Numbered from the stretch's first letter, positions 21,614-34,551 are shown. The stretch is 64,000 nt of DNA from Eledone cirrhosa (GCA_964016885.1 OZ024740.1:234608001-234672000); one strand, 5' to 3'. Translations and numbers: made by a program. The notes: a model not told the origin generated them from the sequence alone.

Positions 21614-21775
21614 GGGTCAGACGCCATGCTTTGAAGCATAGAGTTACGTCCCTTTATAATCTGAGTTCAAATCCCGCCGAGGTTAACTTTGCCTTTCATC
21701 CTTACGATAAAATAAAGTACCAGTAATGTACTGTCTGGGTAATTGCTGGCCTTGTGCCAAAAGTAGAAACAATTA
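21614..21775 (+). mobile_element. tRNA-derived SINE, 5' truncated
   Basis: B-box GAGTTCAAATCC, core GCCTTTCATCCTTACG and tail GTAGAAACAATT. Confidence 0.75.
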
Positions 21776-21945
21776 AGTTTGCATTACAAATGGTGGACAA
21801 TAGCGTCATTGATTGCAGCTTGTCAATGGAACAATAATTGGTTTATTATTTTTTCATGATTTATAATCACAGGTTATATTTTTAATGCGAGGAAAGAAAA
21901 TATGTCCATTAAATATGACTTGATTTCCATATACAATTGTAAATA

Positions 21946-22020
<75 letters not shown>

Positions 22021-22021
<1 letters not shown>

Positions 22022-22841
22022 GTAAATATGATAATAATGGAGCTGCGGCGCTGCGAATGGGTTACATATGAAAAAGTTTGTCCTCATCAGTGGCCTTCCA
22101 ACCGTCGTAGGCATTTCGTCGCATTAAAGGCCATATACCTCAGGTTGGTGCGAGCAACGGCTAAAAAAAGTCGTTGGGACACGTAAATAAAGGGGACGCT
22201 AGGGTAAACAAACAAAATGGTTTAAGCAGCAGAAAGTGATGAAGAAGAAACAAGTCCCAGATTTCTATGAATATAAATTCGGTGGAATCGTGAACGAGAG
22301 AATAAAGACCATCAAACCTGGTTGAAATGTGAGCAAGGAAGGAATTTCGCACAGGTCTAACGGGAGGAAGAAGGGGTCTGGTCTGCGAATTCGGTAAACA
22401 TAAGTTCTGTGAAGTCGCAGACGAGAGAGAGAGAAAAAAATTCATACCGGCTTGGCCAAGTGCCCGCGAGAAAAGGATTACGGACAGGTCAAACGGGAAG
22501 AAAGGGGAGGGGGAGAGGTAGTGACAGAGAGTGAGTGAGTGAAAGGTGAGGAAGAGGCTAACAGAGAGAGACTGCTAGAAAGGGTAAAGACACAAAGAAC
22601 GAAACAGACTGTTGGCAGCGGAGGAAAAAATATGTGTAAATATGATAATAATGGAGCTGCGGCGATGCGAATGGGTTACATATGAAAAAGTTTGTCCTCG
22701 TCAGTGGCCTTCCAACCGTCGTAGGCATTTCGTCGCATTAAAGGCCATATACCTCAGGTTGGTGCGAGCAACGGCTAAAAAAAGTCGTTGGGACACGTAA
22801 ATAAAGGGGACGCTAGGGTAAACAGACAAAATGGTTTAAGC

Positions 22842-22843
<2 letters not shown>
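22021..22843 (-). mobile_element. Non-coding retrozyme/PLE-like element: 208-bp direct repeats flanking a ~406-bp spacer
   Basis: 22021-22228 matches 22635-22842 (614-bp period, about 3 substitutions). Inserted in (TA)n. Each repeat carries HHR core motifs on the minus strand. Confidence 0.7.
22081..22148 (-). ncRNA. Candidate non-circularly permuted hammerhead ribozyme (second copy 22695-22762)
   Basis: AGGUAU-A/UGGCCUU-UAAUGCGA-C-GAA-AUGCCU-ACGACGGUUGG-AAGGCCA-CUGAUGA-G; the second copy has CUGACGA. Confidence 0.6.
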
Positions 22844-22886
<43 letters not shown>

Positions 22887-23016
22887 GATAAATCTACCAA
22901 AAATTTACGGTAGTGTCCAATCCGTATGAAGAACTCAATGTAATCCGGATATCATGAAAAGAGAAGATGCATTCAAAAACTATTTTCGGTGAAAATTAAC
23001 GGAAAACAGAGTCAAG

Positions 23017-23371
<355 letters not shown>

Positions 23372-23579
23372 ATGTTTTGGGAGAGTCATGCTGAAAAACA
23401 CACGCACCTGTGTATTTTCACTTCAATATATTATACATTTCCGGTCGGTTGGTTCAATAACTGGATTGTTGTTTATATGTTGTCAAACCTCTTTCGTCAC
23501 ACATTCTGTGGCCTCCTCAATGACTGATTTCGTATTTTGTGTCTCTCCTTTGTTCTATCCAACACCATCTTATTTTTGT

Positions 23580-23635
<56 letters not shown>

Positions 23636-23763
23636 ATGAAGGAGGTGAGTTTTATTGTAGAACAATAAAACTATGCATATATCGGATAAGTAGCACTCAA
23701 CAATTTATTGGACTGAAGTATATATAAGAAGAAATTAAAAGATGGTTTAAAAAGTTCCATATA

Positions 23764-23830
23764 TTTTATTATGCGCATTTCAAAAACAAATATCATCCTG
23801 GGACGATAGTTGCGTTCTCATCAGATAAAA
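23764..23830 (-). ncRNA. Type I hammerhead ribozyme motif (intact core)
   Basis: UUUUAU-CUGAUGA-long helix II-GAAA-UGCGCA-UA/AUAAAA. Confidence 0.8.
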
Positions 23831-25114
23831 TAAGATAACATGATATGATACCTAAAAAAACACTTGTGAACAAGGAAGTGTCCAGTCAACATATGATAAA
23901 TAAATGTAAAAGGATATAGAGATTGGAAAAAAAAAGAAAGGAAGAGGAAAAAAGGAAAAAGAAGGAGAAGATAACGGAGGAAAAATTTAAGAAGGAAGGA
24001 GGAGAGAGAAAGAAAAAGGAGAAAGAGAGAGAAATAGACATTTAAACTGGAAACGCTGTCAAAACTGAAAAACAACTGTGAATAACGGCTGGAAAAAATA
24101 TATACGGCTACTAAATAAATAAACTAAAAAATTGATGAGGTGTATGATTGATGATGTTTATGATTGCAGATATAGAAACTAGGTATATTATTTATTTAGG
24201 GTTTATACATTAAAAGATTTATTAAGAGGTGTGAAAATGTATTATTAAAATAAAATAAAGTAAAATAAGATAAAATAAAGTAAAATAAAATTAAATGATT
24301 TATAAGCGTAGAAGACGATATAAGGTCCTAGTTTGTTTAAATAGAATGTAATTGAAAAAAATATTTCTGTGAAAAAGTATATATGTGTAGAAGAAAATAA
24401 ATAAGAGTAGACCGATAATGTTAAATTAAAAGTTTACTATTAAAAATTACAGATTATATATAAAAATTAAAGATTATAAATAAAAAAAAAATTATTATAG
24501 ATTATATATAAAAGAAATTATATATGTGGGAAAACTATTTAAATATTTAAATATTAAATTAATCCACAAGTAAATAAAGGAAAATGTTATAATTATTTAA
24601 GCGTAGAAACAAGCGTGGAGAGAGCGAAGAGAAAACGAAGAAGAAAAACATCTGACGTCATAATTTGTTTACAAAATCAACGAATGTTTATACTGATTAA
24701 ATTGATGTGATAAATGGGGAAAGTGAACGGCTTAAAAAAATATAATAATGAGAAAAAATAATATAAAGAAACATTAAATATGAACTATTTAAATAATATT
24801 TTGTATCACCAAGTAGATAAAGAAATTTGCTAGAGTGATTTAAAAAGTAGAGGACCAAATAACGTCATAATATGTTTAAAACTTTGTAGAATGTACTGAA
24901 ATATGCGAGAAAAAAAGGTATTTGTGTAAAAAAAAATGTGTGAACAATTTTTTAATCTTAATCATGGATAAGATATAGGGTATTAGCTGTATACTTTGTG
25001 AAATTTCCTAAGAGATTTATGGATGCAGAGAGCAAATAAATCGGTGCGTCTATTTATTATAGAGTTGAAATTCGAGATAACGGTAAATTTTTCAGCTAGA
25101 CATAAATTACAAGC

Positions 25115-25448
25115 CCTTTAAGGCAAGACTATATAACCATTCTTCATCTTTTAAATATCCAATTAAAAGAACAAACACTGCACTCTCAGAACTCATCTGG
25201 TCCTTAAAAGACAAAAAACATTAATTACAAAATTTCTTGGTGTAAAATATGCAATGCTTCTCCATATTCTAACGCTTCCATATGGAAGCGTTAGAATATG
25301 GAGAAGCATTGCATATTTTACACCAAGAAATTTTGTAATTAATGTTTTTTGTCTTTTAAGGACCAGATGAGTTCTGAGAGTGCAGTGTTTGTTCTTTTAA
25401 TTGGATATTTAAAAGATGAAGAATGGTTATATAGTCTTGCCTTAAAGG
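25115..25448. repeat. Perfect 334-bp palindrome with no spacer, inside the GIY-YIG coding remnant
   Basis: Centre CTTCCAT|ATGGAAG at 25281/25282; 167-bp arms. Confidence 0.9.
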
Positions 25449-25593
25449 ATGTAGAAGTAGAGCCAATGTAGGTATAAGAATTGGTACTAGTTAGCACCTT
25501 ACATTCGTATACTAGATTTTTATCGAGACAGAAATTATTAAGAGGACATTTAGTTCTATTAAGGCAGTTGCATTTACGATTAATGTTATTAAC

Positions 25594-25695
<102 letters not shown>

Positions 25696-26064
25696 CGATG
25701 GCAACTTCTTTTTCTGTCTCTAAGGGTCTACACCCTATTTTATAGCATCTCCGCGCATGAGCAAACCACTCTTTGTATTAACTTTATCCCCACACCATTT
25801 TGTAAAAGTCCGAGAGATCGGCTACTTATCTACAATATGTAGCGATTGGTGTTTTGTTTGGTTGTTGGTAGTGTGTGAAGAGCGTTAGGCACCATGCTTT
25901 GCAGCATAGAGTTATGAGTTTAAATCCTGCCGAGATTAGCTTTGCCTTTCATCCTTACGGGGTCGATATAATAAAGCACCAGTAATGCACTGGGGTAATT
26001 GCTGCCTTGTGCCAAAAGTAGAAACATTATTATTTTTATTGTTATTATTATTATTATTATTATT

Positions 26065-26142
<78 letters not shown>

Positions 26143-26371
26143 TATATAGTATATATATATATATATATACAAATATAATTTCAGTGAGATCGTATTTCGG
26201 CGGTGGCCAAAACAAAACGAAACGCAATCTTAGAGATAAGCCGGCAAGCGCTCAATTGACTAAGAAGAAACCAGAGCAATTAACATGTTTTGTAAAGGCC
26301 AGACAAAATGAAAACAGTAGTTGTAAAGTTGGCAGCCACCGTAGCCGAAAAAACGAATCAAGCTAAACAGG

Positions 26372-26442
<71 letters not shown>

Positions 26443-26445
<3 letters not shown>

Positions 26446-27114
26446 TTTAGTACAGCATTAACGAAGCTTTAGTTCGCGGCCAAGCTAACGAATGCAAATT
26501 CGGTATGTAGATTTAGCACTCGGATGGGGAAAAGTACCCCAGAGTAATAATAATATGTTTAGACAGCTTAGCAAATCAAATATAGCGATCGGCAGTCCAG
26601 CCGCATCACCAGAGCAACGAAAATACAGGACTCAGGAAAAGATTTTAGACTGATCTGGACAAAACGGTGAGACTGAATGCAAAATATATAATGCATATCG
26701 TATAGCACACGATATACATCATATACAGCACATAACATCAGCGCTAGGTTTCTGCAAATCCAAGATCGACAAATTCCGCTTGCAGGGGTCTGCAAGTTAA
26801 TGGTTTTTGACGACAGAACAAAGGATTTCCTTCTTCAGCAAGTCTTGTGTTCTTTAGCCTCTGCGGGTATGCTCTAGCATTAAATTTTGCTATAGACACG
26901 TGGCTTTATCCAAGGGAGGTAAACCCCGCTTTGGCGGTGAATTCCAATTTGAGACAAAGGAATGAATTCCTTTAGACAAACGGAATTAAGCACTCAACCA
27001 GAAGTTATCAAAGAAACATAAACAATTAATCAATCAATAGAATCGTCTAATTAAATTAACCAGTTAATCGTTAATTCTAGGAGTAAAATACAAATTTTAG
27101 TACAGCATTAACGA

Positions 27115-27116
<2 letters not shown>
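26443..27116. mobile_element. Unclassified partial-tandem element (~649-bp unit) in (TA)n, related to 32797-33637
   Basis: Terminal direct repeat AAATTTTAGTACAGCATTAACGAAG. 26980-27100 aligns by eye with 33300-33435. Confidence 0.5.
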
Positions 27117-27145
<29 letters not shown>

Positions 27146-27148
<3 letters not shown>

Positions 27149-27720
27149 TGGCTGCCAACTCGTTTTCGAGTACGGCCACTACTTTATATCCATGTAGGAG
27201 AACCCCTACCGATGCGCTGAACGAGTGTGACTTTTTAGTCCAGCCAGCGACTTGAAAACTCTGGTACAAACACTACACTTGTGACAATTACTGACACATA
27301 GTGCTGGGCCCATGGTACCATGTGACGCAAGTGCAGAGAGATCTCTGGATATAAAGCAATGCCTGTGTCGTGAAGCTTTTATAGTGAGCAAAGGCACTGA
27401 ACAAAGCCAGTCCCACTCTCTTAACCAAGATGATATTTACCAAAAAGAAAAACAAGTCAACATCATTGGATACCATTCGGGTTGCAGGTGTTATATCAGA
27501 GTTTTCCTTCTCCTAGAATTCTGCCTTGACAAAGGCTAAGGGGTCATCTCTCCCGGTGATTTTGGATGGCCATTGACTCTTAAGAGCTCCTTTTCCCTTT
27601 GACAGATTTTGTTTTCAGTTCTGCAGGATGTCCAAAGTCACCCTCCTCACCAAGAAACCTTGGTGGAGTTGCCAGTTTAGTCGCCAACGACCCGACCATG
27701 AGACAGGTTGTACTGGGATA
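27146..27720 (-). mobile_element. Bipartite non-autonomous RTE-derived element
   Basis: Same structure as 37066-37672; lies between (TA)n and (CATA)n. Confidence 0.7.
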
Positions 27721-27804
27721 CATACATACATACATACATACATACATACATACATACATACATACATACATACATACATACATACATACATACACACATA
27801 CCTC

Positions 27805-27885
<81 letters not shown>

Positions 27886-27887
<2 letters not shown>

Positions 27888-28950
27888 CTAAAGGCAAACA
27901 GAAGTAACAAAGCAAACGACACTGTATAATGAAGAAATATATTAGTTTTACGCTTGATATAGTAGGAAAACAGGCTTAACCTTTCGGACGCATATCATTC
28001 ATCAGAAAATAGAATCAGAAATTAAAAAAGAAATAAAAAGATAGAGGAGATTAGGCAGTGGCAGAAACGAAAAAAAAATTCTCTGAGAAAGAACAGGTCA
28101 ATTCAAGTCGCCATCTTTTGGAAAACTGTTAAATTTGGCGTTGGTGTATAAGAATATCAGTTAGTCTTGTTTTAAAAGACGGTGAATGAAGGCGTCTAGC
28201 TCAAAAGGAAAAATCGCTTTGCATATAGTGTACGTGTGCGTGTGCATGTGTATGTATGTGTGTATTTGCTGTTCATTAGTACGAAGCTAGGAGGATATGT
28301 GTGTATAAGTTTAAGAGAGTATGTGCGTGCGTGCGCGCATGTGTTGTTGTTAGTACGAAGATGTGAGGATATGTATTTGTATAAGTTTAGGATGATGTGT
28401 GTGTTAGTTTTGGGTCCGTACAGAGCTGTGAGGCTAAGTGTAAAGCTGTGTGCATACTTGTTGTTGGTATGTACAAGTTGTAAGAGTGTGTGTTTCTGAC
28501 CGTAACAGGGCCGTAGGAACTTAGGGGTGAATGTACGCGCGCATGCGTGACAGTGGACGGGGTAGGAGTGACGGTGGCTAGAGGTATAGAAGTGAGCACG
28601 ATCGTATGTGTGCAAGATTAAAGAAATTGCGGGGATGGGGGTTGAGTCCATTAGGGAGACTGGGCACAAGGCGGAGAATCAGACTCTGTTGAGTCTTGGT
28701 GCGCGAGGCTAGCGACCCGTGATGTAAAAGGACACCAAGGACTGAGACATATAGGAAGGAGTGGTCTGGGGAATGGAAGTGACGTGCTACTAGGGTATCC
28801 ATGCCGAAACGTATGTCTCTCGAGTTTTCAGCGAAACGCTCCGCTAAGCAGCGACCTGTTTGTCCGATGTATATGTACCCGCAAAAGGAACACCGGAGGG
28901 CATAGACTACGTGGGTTGATGTATAGGTGAATGTGTGGTGCATATAGAAA
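27886..28950 (-). mobile_element. Penelope-like element 3' fragment (Neptune-like GIY-YIG) with a degenerate HHR near 27975-28010
   Basis: ORF 28578-28943: FTYTSTHVVYALRCSFCGYIYIGQTGRCLAERF...VARHFHSPDH...PNGLN. The downstream CTGATGAATGATATGCGTCCGAAA tail is homologous to 55440-55625. Confidence 0.75.
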
Positions 28951-29353
28951 GAACCGTTAGTGCCTGTGAGAATGATGAGATTATTTGTTTATATATATAT
29001 ATACGCTCGTGTATGCCTTGTGTATCCTTTAAACACATATTCGCTTTTAATATTTACATGATGTTTGATTGCTTGTTGTGTTTTCAATTAAAATTCTTAG
29101 ATGAAAAATATATTTACATTTTATATTAAAAATTATTCTAAATTTAAAATTATTGCAATCTCTAACATATTTTATATTTAAAAAATCATGTAATAATTTT
29201 AAATTGCTCTAAGGGTGAAATTATTTGATATATTGTAATATATTTATAGAAAATAATATCTGCGGACAGTAGCACTTATTTTATATTAAAAATTATTATA
29301 TATTTAAAATTGCTCTATAGATAAAATTGTTTTACATTAGATAGTAATAATAA

Positions 29354-32037
29354 TGATTTCTTTATTAACCAGGAAGGGTTTACATCAAGAAAAATATTAT
29401 GACAGTACAGGACGAAAACATAGAGTGTGTGTGTTTGTGTGTGTGTCTGTGTGTGTGGGGGGGTGTCTGAGTGTGTGTTCGTGTGTGAGTTCGTGTGTGT
29501 GTGTGTATGTGTGTGTAGGTGTGTGGGTTTTGCGTGTAAACAAATTTTAACGATGTTAAAAAAAGATAATAAAATTAAAACAAAGAAGGTTCCTCAATAG
29601 GGAGGAGACGTTCGAGGGTTATTCGGGAAAAAAAACTCCATAAAACCACGGATGCCCTGATTTTGAGTGTAAGTGGCCTGACCAAGTTGTTCTCCTCCAA
29701 TCTACAGGTTCACACTCAGAGTGGGCCCATTCACTCGGATCATGCTCGCTTCTCTCACCCACCTTTCAACAAATTGCTTATTTTCCTCCTCAAGTGGAAC
29801 CTGAAGAAGTTAATTAGGGCTCCGCCAAAGAGGAAAGTTCTCATCTTCAAATCCTTCAAGCGTGTCCACGATACATGGACACAAGACATATAAAAGAGGC
29901 CTGCCGTTCTTGACTAAAAGAAGGCGGCAGGACAATCTTTACAATGGACTCGGTTGTGCTACATGCGACAGCAAGTGTTCGATATAAACCCACAAGACAG
30001 CAATGCTCGCACACTGTACGATCGCGTGCAGGACGGTTTCGTCACCCTGCGCGCATCTCGGACAGGCTCGGTTGACGGCACATCCTTAGAGTTTATCTCG
30101 GAACTGGCAAAGCCTCTCGGTAGCACTGCCAGGCCAGGGATTTCTGGAAATTATCCATGAGCTCTGGACCGAAAGTCCTCCCAAAAAGAGTGGCTAGTTG
30201 ATTTTCGTCGACGTCTAGAGTTTCCCCAAGAACGTCGTCGCTTTTATCCACCACTAACCCTCTATAGAACGCCAAGGTGGAGTTTCCACCGTTCATATTG
30301 CCAGATTGTTGAAGGACTGTAAACGCCTGAAGACATTCCAGTTTCCAAGCGCTCTCCCTGGGTCTCCACTTGGCCCAGGACTGTAGCTATATTAAGGATA
30401 CGAGCTGTGGGAAAATGCGACCACACCTGTTCACCGTTAAGGAAAATATGGAGACGTCGTAGCCTCAGCGCCTGTCTGCGCATCATTAGCCACGGCATTC
30501 CCAGTCCTACACGCAGGGGCTATTGACAGCAGATGGACCGTCTGACCATCGGAACGCCTCCCTTCCACAAGAAGCGGAAGAGCAAACGTTCCAGTGCAGT
30601 CAGACGGGGTTTATGACACAGCACGATGATAAAGCGGTAGTAGATGACGGATGCGATGAAAGTGTTCGCCATCTCTGCCCTACCTTTCAGGGACAACTTT
30701 CTCTTGGCCCATTTCTGGGTGAGATTCGCCACTCTATTCGTCACCTCAACCCAATTTCTGTCTTCTGTCAGGACCAAACCAGACCCCAAGCAATTTCACC
30801 GACCCGTCCGTCCAGAGTCCGACAACACTGTTATACGGCATGGACCTGTCTCTCCATGTACCGAGTTGCAAGCCCACGTATTCCTTCAGAGCAAATTTAG
30901 GGTCTGTGTATTCGACTATTTGCAATTGTGGACAACCTATGCTATCCCTGTCAACTTCCCTACAGAATACCCTATCTAGATACGATCTGGATAATCCCAT
31001 GCGGTTTGTCCATGTGCACATTGGCGCATTCGGAACATCCAGTCGATATCTGTCAGACAGTTGGAAGCGTCTGAGCAGGTTTGCAAGGCTTTTTCACCCT
31101 CCTTTCCTATCCGCTAGTCCCAGCGCGCATCTAAAATACCGTTCCAGTCACCCACAAAGACTAAAGAGGGAGACGTTCCCAGAAAGGTTTCAAGACGTCG
31201 GAAGAAATCAGTTCGTTCTGTCCCTGTCGGAGCATAGACGGCCACTAGCCTGAAGGCGTGCCCTTCTGCGCTGGTCACGTCCAGCACCACCAATTTACTC
31301 TCCGAGTCCAGGAAGATGGTCCGTATTGTGAAATCCAGGCCTTGCTGGAGCAACACAGCCACTCCGCCTCCAGATCCTGGACGGCTCGGAGATTCGTACA
31401 CCTCGGTCTTGCTAATGGCCACCACCTCTATGGCCAGTCACCTGAGGTCGTTGAGCAGGTGGCCCTGCTTCCAGGACGACCCCAAGCCACGTGCATTCAC
31501 ACCGCCTATTTTGAGTGAGGCCATGATTGATTTAGAGGAGGCGAAAGTGGGAAAGGCCACTTACTTTAGATTTTGAGAAGGAAGGACAGTAGTTCCACCT
31601 TCGTGGGGGGGGGGGGCTCAAGAGCCGAAATATCAGTAGATTCGTTTGGAGATTGTTCCCCCTGAAGTCTCCAATTGAATCTGGGAATTTTGTTTTTAAA
31701 TGTGTGTATGTTTTCTGGGTTACTTTTATTATTTGAATCTTTTGGGGTAATGTTATTTTTCCTGGTTTTGTAAAATCGTTTTGTGTGATTGTGGTGATGT
31801 GTTGTAAGTAATTTAAAAGTTTTGTATTGTTTGTGTCAATTTCTGTGTAGTGCGTGATGTTTGTAATCTTTTTGTTGTTGCTGGTGTGGGTTAGGTTTGA
31901 CTTGTGATGGTCTTTGTGTGCGTGGTAGTTGTTGTAGTGTTGGCTGAGTGGATCTTTGAGGTGGTGGTGGTTATAGGGATGTGGTTTTGAAGGGGTGTTT
32001 TTGCTTTTCGGCTTTTAGCATTTGTTTTGGGCTCTTT
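29354..32037 (-). pseudogene. Older, decayed Tx1 relative with an internal deletion removing the RT core
   Basis: Homologous EN fragments (31114-31525) and C-terminal fragments (29700-30880) are fused near 30885. It has the same 3' end AATAAAGAAATC(ATT)n at 29345-29370. Confidence 0.85.
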
Positions 32038-32516
32038 CAACCAGCAACAAATACAACAACCATAATTCTAATAAAACACACACACTCGAAACAACAACAA
32101 TCACAATGCCGACAAGCTGAGCTGTGATCTTTTGAGAAAACTAAAAAATAGGTTCTTTTTTGACAGACATAAAATCTGTACTGGCATGGCCAGTTTTTTG
32201 GTTCCGGGGTGTTAGTGACTTGTACTGGCGTCAATGCAGGTTTCGTATCTGCTATTAAGCGGGCTCAGAAATCTGACGCCTCCCACTTTAGAAATGGCGA
32301 ACGCCCCCATACACGCAAGATGATAAATACATTCCATTTCTACTTGATAATTCTTCAACTTAGGGTAATACTTCCCACGCCTCTACAACACCACAGTTTT
32401 TTCTTACCCAACCCCACCTTAGTAATGAAACATAAAGACACTCATACACACACGTGCGTGACACCACCCCCACCACACACGCACACACACACACACACAC
32501 ATACACACACACACAC

Positions 32517-32560
<44 letters not shown>

Positions 32561-32617
32561 CCATAAAAATATAAAAATATAAAAATATAAATATATATAT
32601 ATATATATATATAAAAT

Positions 32618-33900
32618 TGTTATATTTGGGGAGAGTCATATTGTTATAATATTGCCAGAAATAATAATAAAACACACTCACTGTTTGGTTTGGATTGGTT
32701 TTCGGTTCTGTATATTTTATACCCCATTGTTAAGTTAGCTGGCAATCAATGTTTATCATTGATAGACCAGCGGTTAAAAATATAGATACAAATATAAATA
32801 TGGATTTAGCGAGAATCGCATTTCGGCAGGTAGGAATTAGCGAAACGCAACTTCCGTATTGGGTATTGGGTAGACAAGCGCTCAATGGATATGAAGATAC
32901 CAGAGCTATAACCATAAGTTAACAAGGTCATACAAAACTGAGACGATGGTTAAGAAGCCATTAACCCCCTAAGCCAAAAAAAGCGAACAAGCTAAACGGG
33001 TCAAACAAAATAAGATATGATTGAAATATTTACCCGGACCCTCGGGGAAGATGGTATACTCCGCTATAGGGTTTCTGCGACACCTAAATCAATAATACTG
33101 TCTGCTTATAAAAAATAATAAGCTTTTGGTATAATGATCGAACAAGGATATCACTTTCTCAACAGGCATTTTGTTCTGCATGCGCCAGAGTCTCACAGCG
33201 TATGAAAGCACATGTGAGGTTCTAGGGGGAGAAAACCCCTAGTTTTGGCCAATGAATTCAGCATGTGTAGTCATTGCAAAAATTTGCGAAAACAGCACAA
33301 AACGAATTAAGTTCTCAACCGAGTTGTTTTATAAATAAACTTAAGCGATTAATCAGTCAATAGGATTAACTAAAAAAATCAAAAAAATTAACTGGTTAAT
33401 CGCTAGACTTGGGAGATTAATACAAATACGAATTTAGCGAGAATCGCATTTTGGCGGGTAGGAATTAGCGAAACGCAACTTCCGAATTGTGTTGATAAGC
33501 GCTCAATGGATATGAAGATACTAGAGCTATAAACATAAGTTAAAAAGGTCATACAAAACTGAGACGATGGTTAAGAAGCCATTAACCACCTAAGCCAAAA
33601 AAGCGAACAAGCTAAACGGGTCAAACAAAATAAGATACTAATATATATATATAGTCTATCAAAGTTCTTCCATCACACACCTGTGACATCATCAGTGGTA
33701 CTATTATGTTTCCTCCCGTTGTATTGTAATGTCTACTCCATTTTTATTTTTATATATTTATTTATTCTTGTCTCTGTTTGCGCATTCGTTTGTGGATGTG
33801 TTCTCTGTTTGGTGTGCGTTCGTGTTTGAGTCTGTGTGTGTTCGTATTCTATCTTTGTTCACTAGTGTGTGTTTATGTGTGGTTATTGTTATATGTAAAA
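32618..33900 (-). mobile_element. PLE terminal-repeat fragment (20219 family) interrupted by a nested partial-tandem element
   Basis: 32618-32796 and 33640-33800 are collinear with 20219-20515. Mutated HHR at ~33657-33700. Confidence 0.6.
32797..33637. mobile_element. Unclassified non-coding element with ~215-bp direct repeats (~627-bp period)
   Basis: 32797-33017 matches 33424-33637. The repeat also resembles 26180-26372. Confidence 0.65.
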
Positions 33901-34035
33901 TATAATCAATCCTAATACATAATCAATTTATTTTAAAACTTTTCTTTGCCATCCTATAAAGAACATTTACCTTTATATGGATAGCTTATACCCTTATATG
34001 GGCAACCTATTTTAGTGACATGTCAATCATCTAAG

Positions 34036-34132
34036 CCATGCCCCTAATGAAATGGCCAGTCCACTTCAGATCTGTTTGTCAACAGTCTAGAACTACCTGT
34101 CGAAACAGCTAGAGCTCAGCTGTCGGGCACGG
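34036..34132 (+). ncRNA. Full-length hammerhead motif of a family A relative (core G5>A mutation)
   Basis: UGCCC-CUAAUGA-long helix II-GAAA-CAGCU-AGAGCUC-AGCUG-UC/GGGCA. Helix III covaries with family A (CGGCU/AGCCG). Confidence 0.7.
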
Positions 34133-34551
34133 ATCTTTTCTAATATAGTCACATTCTACTATCCCAAGTAACGAATATTCTACTGAATAACGGTCTAACT
34201 AGTTTAATACTAGTTTAATCCTTACACACACTAGCAGAAAAACCACCCTTCGGTGGTTTTTCTGTTAGCATGTGTAGTGTATATATTGATATTATACGCA
34301 AGTATATATACATGTAGATATGATACATCAAATAAAATCGTAATTGACAATATACACATAAATTGAATGAAGACTGCGTTACACTGTCTTATGTAATCAG
34401 TAACGTAATCCATGATACATTTTAAAAAAGACGATATTATATATAAACTGCATTAGGAGAAAATTAGTGACAGAAAATTAATATGTTTATTTAAGCGATC
34501 GCCACCGGAAGTGTTGACATTTGAAAATTTTAAAGAAGTGAAACATTGAAT

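Noticed and set aside
22030-22135. Twister ribozyme reading (UAA-UGC...CGGU-UGG-AAG)
   Set aside because: P1 and P4 cannot be closed and the motif is not kept in the 36960 and 54927 relatives, whereas the hammerhead elements are.
22021-22843. LTR retrotransposon or TRIM interpretation (TG...CA repeats, purine tract before the second repeat)
   Set aside because: No TGG primer-binding site on either strand and no 4-6-bp TSD discernible in the (TA)n flanks. Not fully excluded.
32797-32860. Possible hammerhead (GAAA plus pairing) in the 627-bp family
   Set aside because: No CUGANGA on either strand; the pairing is explained by a simple hairpin.
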